NCBI GenBank assembly: GCA_026936335.1
Contig: JAPMXV010000003.1
Coordinates: 1-64,000, forward strand
Reading direction: 5' to 3'
Source of the DNA: Mantamonas sphyraenae STR306
Lineage: Eukaryota; Protista; CRuMs
DNA length: 64,000 nt
Shown here in pieces: positions 9,532-21,194 of the stretch; the first letter of the stretch is position 1, and each line of letters starts with the position of its first letter. A program made the position numbers and the translations under genes. Below the pieces are notes generated by a model. The model was not told where the DNA came from. It saw nothing but the letters and a program-made list of their open reading frames with translations, and did not search any database.

Positions 9532-11357
9532 TCACATCCCCTCCATCTCCATTCCATCCTCCTCCTCACCCTCACCCTCCTCCTCCTCCTCCTCCTCCTC
9601 TTCGTCTCCTTCTCCCATAAACTCCACCTCCCCACTGCTCGGTCGGTACACCACCAGCCCACCGCCGTGCGCAAAACTGGACGGATTCACAAACTGCACC
9701 CCGTCCACCTCGTGGTGGAAGCACTCGCTCTCGTCGGCCAGCACCACCACGTCTGGCAACGGAAACATCCACAGAGCGTGCTCGTACTGCCAGAAGCACG
9801 GCCGTACGTCCTGAGGCAGCGGGCACAAGTGTCCCTGCCGCGCCAGGCAACCCACCATCTGCACATGCGCCTCCTCCAGCCGCGTCTCAAACACACAGTG
9901 TCGCCGCATCTTCTGCAGCAGGTCCTCGCGAAATACAAGCACGTCCCTATCGTAGTACCGGATTCGGCAAGGGTTGCTTGCCACCGTCAGACGCTCCTTG
10001 CCCACCACCGCCACCAACTCCTTCGTAAACACTTTGGGGATCCCTGCACGAGGCAGCACGTCTGCACTTCCGGCGTCGTTCTGTCCCGGCACAAGCACAA
10101 TCTGCCACTCCCCGCACACTCGCCCGTGCTTCTCCAGTACCTCCGCCAACGCTGCAAATTGCTCTCCCAGCTGCGTCCGGTCGTCCACTCCTGCCCCAAC
10201 GGGCGTCTCTGTGAAATTCCCCACCAGGACGAGCACTCCCGCCGCCTCCTCGTCCAGCCGCGCAAGAAGAGCGTCCAGCGCGTCCAGGACCTCCACCTTG
10301 TCCAGCATTACGTCAGACACAATCACAATCTGCCCTTCGTCCCCCTCTGGCACTTGTGGCAGATTCAGCAGCGACTCGCTGCCCCCAAACGTGTCCACGT
10401 GTGGCTCCCGCAGCGCGACTGCTTCCCGTGTCTGCCCAGGCAGCATCACGTAGCTCTCAATGTCAAACACTCCGTTCTTCAAACGCCCGTGTGCAAGCAC
10501 AACACACCCGGGTGTCACCATCCACGCTGGCTCCTCTTCAGACTCCCGCCCCTGGTGTTCTTCGTCCAGACCCTCCACTTCCACCTTGCCCGTCAAGTCC
10601 TCCAGGTATGTCTTGCCGTCATCCAGCACGCTCACGTGTCCCAGAATCAATTTGTCCCCACTCGTGCCCATCAGCGATTCCACGCTCACAATCTCCCCCT
10701 GGCTGTCCTCTTGATCAAGCGCCCCAGCCGAATTTACTCCTCGTGCCGTGAAATCACAGTAAGTCAGTGCACGGTGCATCCCCAGTGCGTACCTTTCCCT
10801 GTACATGGCTGCCTTGTCCTGTGCGTTCCCGTGCAGCTTCAGGTTTCCCTTCCTGTGCCCACCCTCCCGTGTCAGCCCAAAAAGCGCGCCAAATTCCCGC
10901 CCTCGGTTCTCCCGCCCACCTCCAACCTCTCCTTCCTCACCTCTCCATTTCCCCCAGCTCTCCGACTACAAAGCGCGGCACGTCAAACGCAGACATTACA
11001 CTCAGCACCTGTGTCGCGCTCTCTGTGCTCGCCTGGATCGAGTCAAAGTACGCCTGCACAGTCGATGCCTTGATCACCGTCCCTTGCACTGACACCCCCG
11101 GCATATCTGTCAGCCTCCACCCTCACCAGCCACCCTGATCACCATGATTGTCACCCTGCCCGCTCCCTTCACCTACTGTACGGCCTAATCCCCTTGATAA
11201 TCAGCTCCAAGTTGCTCTTCCGCTCCTCTGCGTCCACGCTCTCCAGAAGCGCATTCGCAACCAGTTTCACCGCATCCACCTGCACCGACAGGCCCCCCTT
11301 GCGCATTTTGCGCGTCACTTGCGTGCACATTCGATCAAACTCGCTCCTGCGCGACAT
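9532..11357 (-). CDS. POLE2: DNA polymerase epsilon subunit B (Dpb2), 3 exons
   Basis: SAFDVPRF, DKAAMYRERY, YLEDLTGKV, SDVMLD, VLVPGQND, LPRAGIP, SNPCRI, FREDL, QGHLCPLP, PLPDVVVLAD, NPSSF; exon 1 begins MSRRSEF; introns contain GCTGAC branch sites. Confidence 0.93.
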
Positions 11358-11454
11358 GCCGACCTCCCTTTCTCGTGCCTCTCCCTGCGCTCGCCCACAC
11401 ACAGCATCTCATCCTCTCTCACCACACCGCTTCCCCCCCCCCCTTTTTTTCCCC

Positions 11455-13518
11455 ATGGGAAGCACACAATCGGCACTACCCGACGTCCAGAGCGTCCTTG
11501 TTGGGGACGCCACAACCGACGCATCCGCCGTCTACCGCTCTCCCATCCACAGCGACAAAACCGTCTGGGAGATCGGTTGGGAGCCTGGTGAAACCCTTTG
11601 GAGTCGCTTTGTTGCCACCGCAGATGCCTATCCAGACACAAACTGCTTTGGCGAGCGTGTTTCCCCATCCGCCCCCTTCACGTGGACGACCTACAAAACC
11701 GTTGAACAAACATGCGAGCACCTCGCTGCAGGTCTCGCATACATTGGCCTGGCAAAGGGCGACGTCCTCGCCGTCTACGACTCCTTCAACAGCAGTGCTG
11801 CATGGGCCACCACAGAGCTAGCCTGCTTGCGTCAGGGCTTTGTCCCAGTCGGCCTTTACTCCTCATTCACCCCCTCCAATGCCGCCGAACGCATACGCCT
11901 ATGCCGCGCCACCGCCCTTGCTTGTTCCCTCCAAAACTACGCTGCCCTCATCGACCTCAACGAGTCGCTCGGCCACCTCAAACACGTCATTCTCTTTGAC
12001 GCAAACGACGACCTCGACGTCGAAACAACCACAACCACAGGCTCCAGCTCTCCCTCCTCCTCCTCCTCTTCTTCTTCTTCTCTCGCCACCACCGACACCA
12101 AGCAGACCCTCTCCATATTTACCCTGCAAGAGCTTGTCAATCTCGGCGCAGAAAGTCCCTGCGACGCAGACCCCGCTGACGAAGACACCACCGCCCTCCT
12201 TTGCCTCACCTCGGGCTCCAGCAGCCGCATTCGCTTTGTCAAACTGTCCAACCGCAACCTGTGCAGTCTCCTCGGGGCCATGCAGCTTCACGCTGCCCTG
12301 CAGCCGGGCGACGTCCATCTCAGCTACTTGCCCATGGCCCACGTCCTTGAACGTGCCATCATCCATCAAATGCTCCACCAGGGCGGCTCTATCGGCTTCA
12401 TGGCCTCCAACGACCTCACCAAGCTCGTCGACGCCGCCCAGCAGCTCCAGCCTACCTTCTTCCCTGGCGTCCCGCGTGTCTTTGACCGGATACGCGCAAA
12501 GGTCTGGTCTGCTGTCCAAGCTGCCGGTGGCATGAAAAAGTGGATGTTTGAGCTCGCCTACGACAGCAAGGTTCAAGCTCTGCGCGACAACAACGAGGTC
12601 GAACACGCCCTGTGGGACGCCACCGTCTTCAAGTCCACACGCGATATCCTCGGCGGTCGAGTGCGCCTCATCCTCACTGGCAGTGCACCCATGTCCCAGG
12701 CCACCTCCGAGTTTGTCCAGGTCGCATTCTCCAGCCCCATGATCCAGGGCTACGGCCTCACCGAGCTTTCCGGCGCCGTCGCCACCTCCCGCGTCGATGA
12801 CCACAGCAGCGGCCACTGCGGCCCTCCTCTACCCTGCATGGAGATCAAGATTGTTGACGTCGACTACCTTGGCTACACGCACATGGACGACAAAGGTCCC
12901 AGCGGCCTCATCCACGTCCGCGGCCCCAATGTCTGCCTGGGCTACCTCAACCACCAAGACCACTTTGACGACGCCCTCGACCGCGAAGGTTGGTTCAACA
13001 CGGAAGACATCGGCCGCTTCAACCCCAACGGCACCCTTTCCATCATCGACCGCCTCAACAACATCCACAAGAACGCACAGGGCGACTGCATGGCCCTGCA
13101 CGTCATCACAGACATTGTCTCCCAGTGCCCATACATCGAGTTTGCCTACGTCCATGGCGACTCCGCCTACAACTCTCTCGTGGCCATCGTCGTGCCCAGC
13201 GAGGAGGCCGAAAAGTGGGCCCTTGCAAACGGCCTCACTCCTCCCGACGACAACGATGAAAAGGTCGGCGCAGGCCTCCCTGCGCACGCCTGGATTTGCA
13301 ACGAGCCCAAGGTCCAGCGCTTTATGAGCATGCAGGTCCGCCTCCAGGGAGAAAAGGCCAACCTCCAGCCCTTTGAGATCCCCGCTGCCATCTTCCTCTG
13401 GCCCCACCCGTTCTCCATCGAAGAGGGCCACCTTACCGCCGCCTTCAAACAGAAGCGCCGCGCCATCGGCGAGTATTTCCAAAAGGAGATCGCTGCACTG
13501 CTCGAAACCATTGAATGA
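11455..13518 (+). CDS. Long-chain acyl-CoA synthetase-like protein (AMP-binding family) with divergent motifs
   Basis: HLSYLPMAHVLER, PTFFPGVPRVFDRI, ILGGRVRLILTGSAPM, QGYGLTE, VRGPNVCLGY, IIDR; N-terminal MGSTQS myristoylation-type motif. Confidence 0.88.
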   Translation: MGSTQSALPDVQSVLVGDATTDASAVYRSPIHSDKTVWEIGWEPGETLWSRFVATADAYPDTNCFGERVSPSAPFTWTTYKTVEQTCEHLAAGLAYIGLAKGDVLAVYDSFNSSAAWATTELACLRQGFVPVGLYSSFTPSNAAERIRLCRATALACSLQNYAALIDLNESLGHLKHVILFDANDDLDVETTTTTGSSSPSSSSSSSSSLATTDTKQTLSIFTLQELVNLGAESPCDADPADEDTTALLCLTSGSSSRIRFVKLSNRNLCSLLGAMQLHAALQPGDVHLSYLPMAHVLERAIIHQMLHQGGSIGFMASNDLTKLVDAAQQLQPTFFPGVPRVFDRIRAKVWSAVQAAGGMKKWMFELAYDSKVQALRDNNEVEHALWDATVFKSTRDILGGRVRLILTGSAPMSQATSEFVQVAFSSPMIQGYGLTELSGAVATSRVDDHSSGHCGPPLPCMEIKIVDVDYLGYTHMDDKGPSGLIHVRGPNVCLGYLNHQDHFDDALDREGWFNTEDIGRFNPNGTLSIIDRLNNIHKNAQGDCMALHVITDIVSQCPYIEFAYVHGDSAYNSLVAIVVPSEEAEKWALANGLTPPDDNDEKVGAGLPAHAWICNEPKVQRFMSMQVRLQGEKANLQPFEIPAAIFLWPHPFSIEEGHLTAAFKQKRRAIGEYFQKEIAALLETIE

Positions 13519-13623
13519 GTCAAGCCTTTCCATTCCATTCCACACCCACCCTATCCCTCCTTCCATCCCACGCCTCGGTGAACGATCGATGCTACCATGT
13601 GTCGAACAATCCTTGCCTGCCAC

Positions 13624-15065
13624 TCAGTACTCCACTACGCCCTTGATGGCCTCAAAGTTCTTGAGCATGTCCGGCACGTAGAATCGCTCCATGACGAGCG
13701 GGAACGGTGTATCGTAGCCGCACACACGTGCAATGGGTGCCTCCAGGCTCAGGAAGCAGCGCTCCTGCACTGTGGACGACACCTCGCCTGCAAAACCCGA
13801 AGACAGTGGCGCTTCGTGCGAGACGACCAACCGGCCCGTCTTTTCCACACTCTGCGTCACCGTATCTTTGTCCCACGGGTACACTGTCTGCAGATCGATC
13901 AGTTCGCACGAAATGCCCTGCTCCGCTGCCATGTCACACGCAGCCTGCAGCACCTTGATCTGCGATCCGTATCCCACAACCGTCACGTCTGTGCCCTCCT
14001 GCACCACCTCGGCCTGGCCCAACGGGATTTCATATGCGTCCACGGGCACCTCGTCCACTGCCGTACGGTACATCGCCTTGGGTTCCATGAACAGCACCGG
14101 GTTCGGGTCGCGGATCGACGCCAGCAGCAGACCCTTGGCCTGCACGGGCCCGCGCGGGATCACGACCTTCATCCCTGGTGTTTGTGCAAAGTAGTTCTCC
14201 GGTGACTGGCTGTGGTAGTGACCGCCGTGGCCCACCGCGCCGTACGGTGTGCGGAACGTCAGTCCCCCGACGTCGAACTGTCCACCGCTCCTGTACCGGT
14301 ACTTGGCCGCCTCGTTCACAATCTGCAGTGAAACGTGTCCTGTGTCAGCATCCCATCGCTTCGCACAACCCATTCCTCGCTGTCACCCACCTGGTCAAAC
14401 GCCGGGAAGATGTAGTCCGCAAACTGGATCTCTGCAACCGCCGTGTGGCCTACTGCCGCCATGCCGATGGCAAAGCCAGCAATGCCCTGCTCACACAGCG
14501 GCGAGTTGAATACCCTGTGCTCGCCAAACTCTTCCCGCAGATCCACAGTCGCTCGAAACACTCCGCCAAACGCCACGTCTTCGCCAAAGATGACGGCTCG
14601 GTCGTCGTCGTACAGTGCCTGCCGCAGCGCGCTGTTGATCGACCCCACCAGATTCATCTTCTCGCGAGCGCCATCATACTCCTTCAGCGTCGGGTAAGAC
14701 TTGGTGTTGGCCCGCACCTCTACACCCGTGTGCTGTGCAGCCGTCCCCGCCGCAAAAGACCAGAGAGGGAAATGTGAAATCCGCCGTTCCGAGTCAGTTT
14801 CCTCCTTCCTGTCTGCCTATCCATCCCACCGCGACCCGGTCTCACCCTCCCTGCATGTGTATCCAACTCATGGTCGCCTCTCCCGTCATCGTGCATGCCC
14901 ACTCGCCCCAGAATCACTCACCAAACCAGACGACCCGGCCGCTTTCACGGCTGCCTCTGCGAAACTCGTCTTGCGCACCTGCGAACGAACAAACATGCGC
15001 TGTGCCGCCCCGAGTGTGTCAATTCCCGCTGTCTTTTCACTCTGTCGCCCGCCCACCTGCATCAT
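13624..15065 (-). CDS. BCKDHB: Branched-chain alpha-ketoacid dehydrogenase E1 beta subunit (multi-exon; start 15065 or 14996)
   Basis: [42 protein letters not shown]|[45 protein letters not shown]. Confidence 0.95.
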
Positions 15066-15128
15066 CGAGTTCCGTTCTCTTCACCTACGTTGCTTTCTGG
15101 TGCGTCCGCACACGCAAAACAAAACGCG

Positions 15129-15805
15129 ATGGTAACGAACAACATGCGCCCATCCGACTCCATCTCCATCTCCTCGCCCCCTTCATGCTCACCACCCGCC
15201 CTGCGTGCTCTTTCCACAGGCGTACATCGAACGAGGCAACGTCGTCGGCTCCCGCAACTACTGGCGACTTTCGGCCATCCCAGACATCCTCTGGGCCATC
15301 TTCAATGCCATTGTCAACTTCTTTGTGACCATGGTGTCTGTACGTTCCCTCCACCTCCGCTGTCCCTCCCATTCTTCCTACAACCTGCGTTTTCCGTCGC
15401 CCGTTTCCACGCTCGATTCCGCCCCAAACTCACACCGTTTCCCACGCCTCGCCCTGCTCCTCCCCACAGCTTGAAGAGCGCCAAAAGTTCCGTGGCGTCC
15501 CCAGCTCCTCCATCCAGGGCTTCTCCTCCTCTGCGCCCTCCAATGGCCGCGGAGGAGGCGGTGGCGGTGGCGGTGGACGTGGCGGAGGCGGAGGCGGCGC
15601 TGGCGGTGGCGGTGGCTCCCGTGGTGGAGGCTACCGCCGCATGGGCACGATGAAGAGTACGCAAAACGCACTTTTCCCATCCTCCCTATCGTTTCCCGTT
15701 CCCCCCCCCCCCCCCGCCCCTTTTGCTCATCATCCCAGCCTCTCACACACTTCAAACCCCTCAGCTCTGCCCAAATCCCCGCCCGCAACCTCCTGAGGCA
15801 GGTAA
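15129..15805 (+). CDS. SELENOK: Selenoprotein K (join 15129..15131,15220..15339,15470..15656,15765..15805; UGA 15794-15796 = Sec)
   Basis: Spliced protein M-AYIERGNVVGSRNYWRLSAIPDILWAIFNAIVNFFVTMVS-LEERQKF...G-rich...RRMGTMKTLPKSPPATS-U-GR*; SelK N-terminus, TM segment, G-rich tail and U-G-R-stop ending; downstream SECIS. Confidence 0.93.
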
Positions 15806-16035
15806 GCTGGTTGCCGCTTGAGCGACGCCTCGTGTCTTTAAACATCCCACCAAGGGATATGATATGCACACACGGGGCTGCCTCGCTCGCCGACCAGCGC
15901 TGTCTCGGAACCCAACCTCCACCTCGAGCCGTTGCGTAGGGCGCCCTGCAGAACAGGCAACACGTTGCGCGTCCCTCTCTCGTCAAACAAGAGAGCCCGC
16001 GCGTGTTCCTACTCGCACGCCCTTATCGCCTCGCG

Positions 16036-16117
16036 CTCCCGGTGCCATGACCTGCCTGTACGCAAAGCACGCTTTTCTGTGCCCGTCTGGCAACGAGCAC
16101 CACCACCGACCGGAGAG
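16036..16117 (+). promoter_or_regulatory. Eukaryotic type II SECIS element in the SELENOK 3' UTR
   Basis: ATGA 16047-50 ... AAA 16064-66 ... GA 16095-96; helix II TGCC/GGCA and ACG/CGT; apical ministem GCAC/GTGC; helix I GGTGC/GCACC. Confidence 0.9.
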
Positions 16118-16238
16118 GAACAAACGCACCCGATGCGAGAAAAAATATCCATGTTTCCATTCCACCATTCCACCATTCCACCATCCCTACACGAGTCCCG
16201 CGAGTCCCAGCACAAATTCGAGCGCCTCTGCTTCTGGC

Positions 16239-17617
16239 TCAAATGTGCTGTCGCTTCGAGTCCTGGTCAAGCTCCAGGTGCGAATCACCGTCATCACGCA
16301 TGCGTTTGCCCAGGTTCACGTTCACCGTGCCTTCAGACTGGCTCTCATCCTCTCCTGACACTGAGCTTGCGCCTCGGCGGCGCGTCTTGCGCGTGCGCGA
16401 CAGCGGCCGCTTGCGCTCGTCTCCGTTCACAAACACCACATCGCCACGTGCCTCTGCTTTGAGACACTCGTCACACAGCCTTCGGCTGCTCGAGTCTCCC
16501 AGCTGCTTCTTGCAGTTCTTCCAGTTGGAGCACCGCACCATCGGCGCGAGCTCTCGCGAGTGTTCGACGCACAGCAGGCGGTTGTATCCGTGCGACATCT
16601 CTTTGCAGCCCGTCACATGGCACTCTGTGAAACAGCCCAGCCCCATCCCATTTGTACGTGCCCCACCGCCGTGCTCGCTCACGTGTTAGCGCCTCCACCT
16701 CCCGGCTTGACGGTTATCGCCCCGCGAAACGCCCCGCGAAAAAAAAACTACCCCGCCCACTCACCGCACGGTGCTTTGTTTCGCAGCTTAGAACGGCATA
16801 CAGTGCACAGACGCGTCTGTAGAAAGTTGAGAATCGGTGCACTTGTGTGTCAGTGTATGCACCCTCCGTTGTGCACGCTCTCCTCCCCGCTCAGCCGGCC
16901 CCGACACCCTGCCAATCGCTCACCGCGAAAAAAAGAACTCACGTCAAACCGCGTCGTGACGCCTTGACATGCGTTGATCACCCTTTCGCTCGTGCTCAGC
17001 ATCGGTGCCTGACATTGTCTATGTCGCGGTGCCCCAACCACCCGACACTCGCTCAAATCAAACGTATAGCCTTCGTCTGCGCACTGCTCAATCACTACCG
17101 TCGCCGCCGCCTTTCCCTGAGACGAGCGTCGACGCCCTCCACGTCGCCCCACGCTGCTCGAGCTGCTTCGGCGTCGCTCGTACATCCCACTCTGTTCTCC
17201 GCTCGTCTCCTCCTCCAATCCCTTTGACATCACCATCTCCTCTCGTCGTGGCGACGCCGCCGGAGTCGACGCCAGGCTCGTCGCCGAGCTCCCTGCTTCC
17301 ACCAACGGCTCTTCCAGAAGTGCCAGGTTCATCTGCAGTTGTCCCTGCATTCCCAGCTCCTGGGCCATTGCCCAAGCCCCGCCTGCATTCATTCTCTGCG
17401 ACTCCACCTTCAGCACACTCGCCAGCGCTGCCGGAGTAAACTCCAGCTCGCGATCAGGCACGCTCCCTGCATCCGGCGTCTCCATCCCTCCCATCGGCGT
17501 CCCTGGCGTGCTCACCCCTGCATCTGCCAGGTCCCGGTCCATCCCTTGTCCAAACCGGCCCAACGCATCCGCGTCGATCCCAAATGCCAGCAGGTCAAGT
17601 CCGAAGAGTTCCTCCAT
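16239..17617 (-). CDS. Uncharacterised Cys/His-rich (putative multi-zinc-finger) nuclear protein, about 3 exons
   Basis: Spliced frame MEELFG...CRVVG...C...C|TRLCTVCRSKLRNKAPC|ECHVTGC...LCVEH...CSNWKNC...LCDEC; GTGAGT donors; basic NLS-like stretches. Confidence 0.6.
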
Positions 17618-17700
17618 CTTTCTCTCTCTCGCAAACGTTCTGATTTGCGCCGCCCGCGCTGCCGACCAACCCTTCATTGCAACCCTCAACCCTCTACTTT

Positions 17701-19816
17701 TCACCCTGCCCATCCTCGCCCTCCCATTCCCAGCAGCCGATGCGTCTTCACAGACAACAGCCTACGCCGCCACCACCCTTCCCCGGGCTTGAACACGTGG
17801 AACGCGTTTGCCTTCTCCTCCTCACCGATCTTCCTCAGGTACGCCTGCACACGCTCTCCGCCACGCACCAGCTCGTCATTCAGCGCCAGGTGTCCACTGT
17901 TGTCCACCGTGTACCGTGTTCCCCCGGGATTCAGATTGTGCACCTCAAAATCGTGCAGATGGAATGTGTGCGCTTTCCCGTACACCCATGTCGCCCAGTC
18001 GTCCGAATACCAGTTGCGGAAAGTTTCCGGATAAAACCCTCCGTGGATGTCCTGGTGCATCCGGTGCACAAACGTCTGTGTCATCGTGCGCGAGTTGCCC
18101 CTGTCTCGCGGGCCAGCAATCCCAAGGTACTTGTGGAACGCATTCCCTTCCAGCTTCCCTGTGAATGCTGTCAGCCACCCTGCCGTGATCAGCTGCAGGT
18201 CGTCGTTCACCTGGTACATGTACCGGTCCCCCTCCGCGTACGACCGCACCATCAATGCGTTCCAGATCCAAACAGGTGCCCCCTTGGCTCCATCCACCTT
18301 TTCCCACTTTACATCAAACGTCAACCCGGCCCCGGATGCTCGTTGCTGCACCTCGCCTCGGATCTGCTTCAGGTTCTCCTCGTTGTCAAAAACAGGATCT
18401 CCCGGGTCATACCCGAGATAGATCGTGAACCGGTACTTTGACTTCTCCTCCGCCTCCTTCACCGTCTCCAGCACACTTGCCAGCAAAATCTTCATCACAG
18501 GCAGCTCACCCACGGGCGTTGGCCCACGTGCCAGCACCGGCACCAGAAAGCCCACTCCCACCTTTCCTTCCACCAGCACCGCACCGTCCTCCTCCTCTCC
18601 CTTTGCACGCGCCTGACCTTCCTGTTCTTTCTTCTCTTCCTCTTTCTTCTCCTTCTCCTCCTTCTCCTTCTCCTTCCCCTTCTCCTCCCCCTTCTCCTCC
18701 TTCTCCCCCTTCTCCTCCTTCTCCCCCTTCTCCCCCTTCTCCCCCTCCTTCTCCCCCTTCTCCTTCTCGTGCACTTCCACCCCATCCTCCGTGTGGTCAT
18801 GTTCGTGATCGTGCGAAAGATGCTTGTCCTTCAGCCGAATGTACAATGCCGCTTCGTCGTCATCCTCCGTCCCAATCACCTGCCCCAACCGCCGCACCGC
18901 CACGCGCTTCCACTCCTTGCACAGAAACTGCGTCCCGGCCCCCGTTCCACTCAACGTCTCCCCTTTGTCCTCTTCCTCCCCATGCCCGTCACTCCCATCC
19001 TCTTCGTCAAACCCGGCCGCCTCCGTTTCAAGGACCGCCCTCGCCCCGGCAGAGCCCTCCGCGAATCCCTGTACTTGCACCCCACACTCTCCTGTATGCT
19101 TCCCACGGTTGGTACTCACAAACATGTGGCCCTCGTTACGCAGTTTCCGCTCCACATTCACCAGACGCCCCACCAGCACCTGACCAGGAGCCACGTAGAC
19201 AACTCGCTTTGCCTTTCCCAGCGCATATCTCAGCCCCACCGTACGCACCGCCTCCACCTGTTTTGCCTCGGACATCCCACTCTCTGCCAGCGCTCCGTCC
19301 TCCTGCCATACCCTTTCCGTGTCAGCCACCTGCGATTTGCAACATGCCTTTCTCCCGCCTCCAAAACCCCGGCCACCTCTCTTCTCCACCCGTTTCCATG
19401 CAAACACTCGCCCCGCACACATTTCCTCCCCCTCCCCAGCCCGCCTTGCCTCTCCAGATCCCTTGTCTTCAACCTACCCATGAATCCTTTGCCGATTCCA
19501 GCTTCACAAGCGCCACGTGCTCCCACTGCTGAATCTCCTTCACCAGCTCCGCCTTCAGTTCCACGTAAAAAAGAATTGTGTTCACCTCTGGATGCCAACG
19601 GTGCACAGAGGACACTAGCCTCCGCGTGCTATCCATCATCCTCGTCGATACCGCCGTCACAACCGTAAACGGTTGCGACGCCACGCTCGCGCCGTTCCCG
19701 CTTCCTCCGCTGCTTTCCACTTCGCTCACCGTCACCGCACGCTGGAAAATCAGCAACGACATGGAGCCCAGCGTAAACACCACCAACACTCCTGCCACAA
19801 GCAACCCTTTCTGCAT
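17701..19816 (-). CDS. Type II membrane protein with a degenerate N-terminal GT-like domain and a C-terminal GT-A/GT2-like glycosyltransferase domain, 2 exons
   Basis: N-terminal TM (LLVAGVLVVFTLGSMSLLIF), FTVVTAVS...SVHRWHP, E/K/G linker, IYLGYDPGD, YMYQVNDD, TQTFVHRMH, PETFRNWYSDDW. Confidence 0.65.
18620..18770. repeat. Pyrimidine-only low-complexity tract encoding an E/K/G linker
   Basis: TTCTCCCCC/TTCTCCTCC 9-mer units; translates to EKGEKEEKG. Confidence 0.9.
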
Positions 19817-19876
19817 CGTTCGCCTTCGATTTGTCTGCTTCCACCCTCGCTCCACCACCAAAACCCTTTCGTCGCC

Positions 19877-21194
19877 ATGTTTGTGCGCCACATCAAGCAA
19901 TGTACGTCCCGCCCCCGTTTCCTTTCCTTCCATCCCATGCCCGTGTGTTCTCCTTTCCGCTCTCTCCCTTCCCCCTTCCCAACCCTCGCCTCCCCTTCCT
20001 TCCCGCCCAATTGCACTCTCCTTGTCCTCCGCCTACTCACCCTCCCGTTCCGCCGCCCTTGCCCGTCCCCCAACCCCAGTCCCAAAGGCCTCATCTCGTG
20101 CTGCCCACTCCCTCGCTGTCCACGCTGGCCGCTCCAAACACGCTTCAGGCCGCGTTCAGATTGTCCTCGCCGGACGAAATGCACAGCACACCCCGGCCTC
20201 CGGCCCGGCCCCAGCCCTCCTCCACGCCTCCACTACCACTCTTTCCCTCTCCGACTCTTCACACCCATCCCACCATCCGCCTCTCGGGCTCCAGTGGTGT
20301 CTCTTTCATGCACATGCCTCCCCCAACCGCGACGCAGTCAGCGCAGACAACCCCAGCTACCTCGACATCACCAGCGCCACACGCATGTTCCACCTCATCC
20401 GCGACTACTTCCGCCGCAACAACTCCCCTCGACTTGCACACTTTCACCATCAGATCCGCCTCAGCTCAGAGCCCCAAGATTTTGTCAACATCCAAGCAAA
20501 CCTCAGGCGCTACCACCGAGCCTTTATCAGCACCACCCACGAGACTGCCACTCTCATCGCCAAGGCTGCCCTGCGCACAAACAATCTCGACGCTGCCGTG
20601 CCTATCTTTGCAAACCCGGCCCGTCATGGCCTCCACCCGTCCCTTGGCGCCTACGCTGCTCTCCTCCCGCATGTTTCATCCAAACAGGCTTCCCAGCTCC
20701 ACGCTGGTATCCTTGCCGCTGGTCTCACCCCAAACACACACATTGTCACCCTCCTACTCGCTGCAAACCGCAACAACGCCCAAGCCGCCGAGCTGCTTTG
20801 GGACCAATTTTCGCACACCATTTCCTCAAACCTCACTGCTCTCCACGTCCTCCTTGATGCCATGAACGTCAAGGACGACGCCCCTGCCGACGCACACATC
20901 GATGCTGCCGACAGCGACAGCCAAGATGACGATGACGACGACAAAGACGACCTTGCGCTTGTTTCGGATGACCAAGATGACGACTCTGACTCTGACTCCG
21001 ACTCCGACAACGACGACGACGACACTGATGATGGTGCTGAAAACGACCACACTTCCCAAACCATTCCCATCCGTTCCAAGCAGGAGTACGCCGAACTGGG
21101 ACTCAAGATCTTTGCCCAATCTGGCCTCAGCCCCAACGCCACCACCCAGCAACTCCTGGACGTTCTTCGTGCTACTGCACCATCGTCTCATTAA
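19877..21194 (+). CDS. Probable mitochondrial helical-repeat (PPR-like) protein
   Basis: MFVRHIKQ presequence-like exon 1 with a GTACGT donor; ETATLIAKAALRTNNLDAAVPIFANPARHGLHPSLGAYAALL and GLTPNTHIVTLLL resemble PPR motifs; poly-Asp tract. Confidence 0.5.

Noticed and set aside
6740-11073. Long + strand ORFs opposite TERT and POLE2, and similar shadows elsewhere
   Set aside because: C-rich skew depletes stop codons; no recognisable domains
15700-15720. Poly-C tracts (also ~11433 and ~45021) as functional G-quadruplex elements
   Set aside because: Simple homopolymers consistent with local skew; no further support
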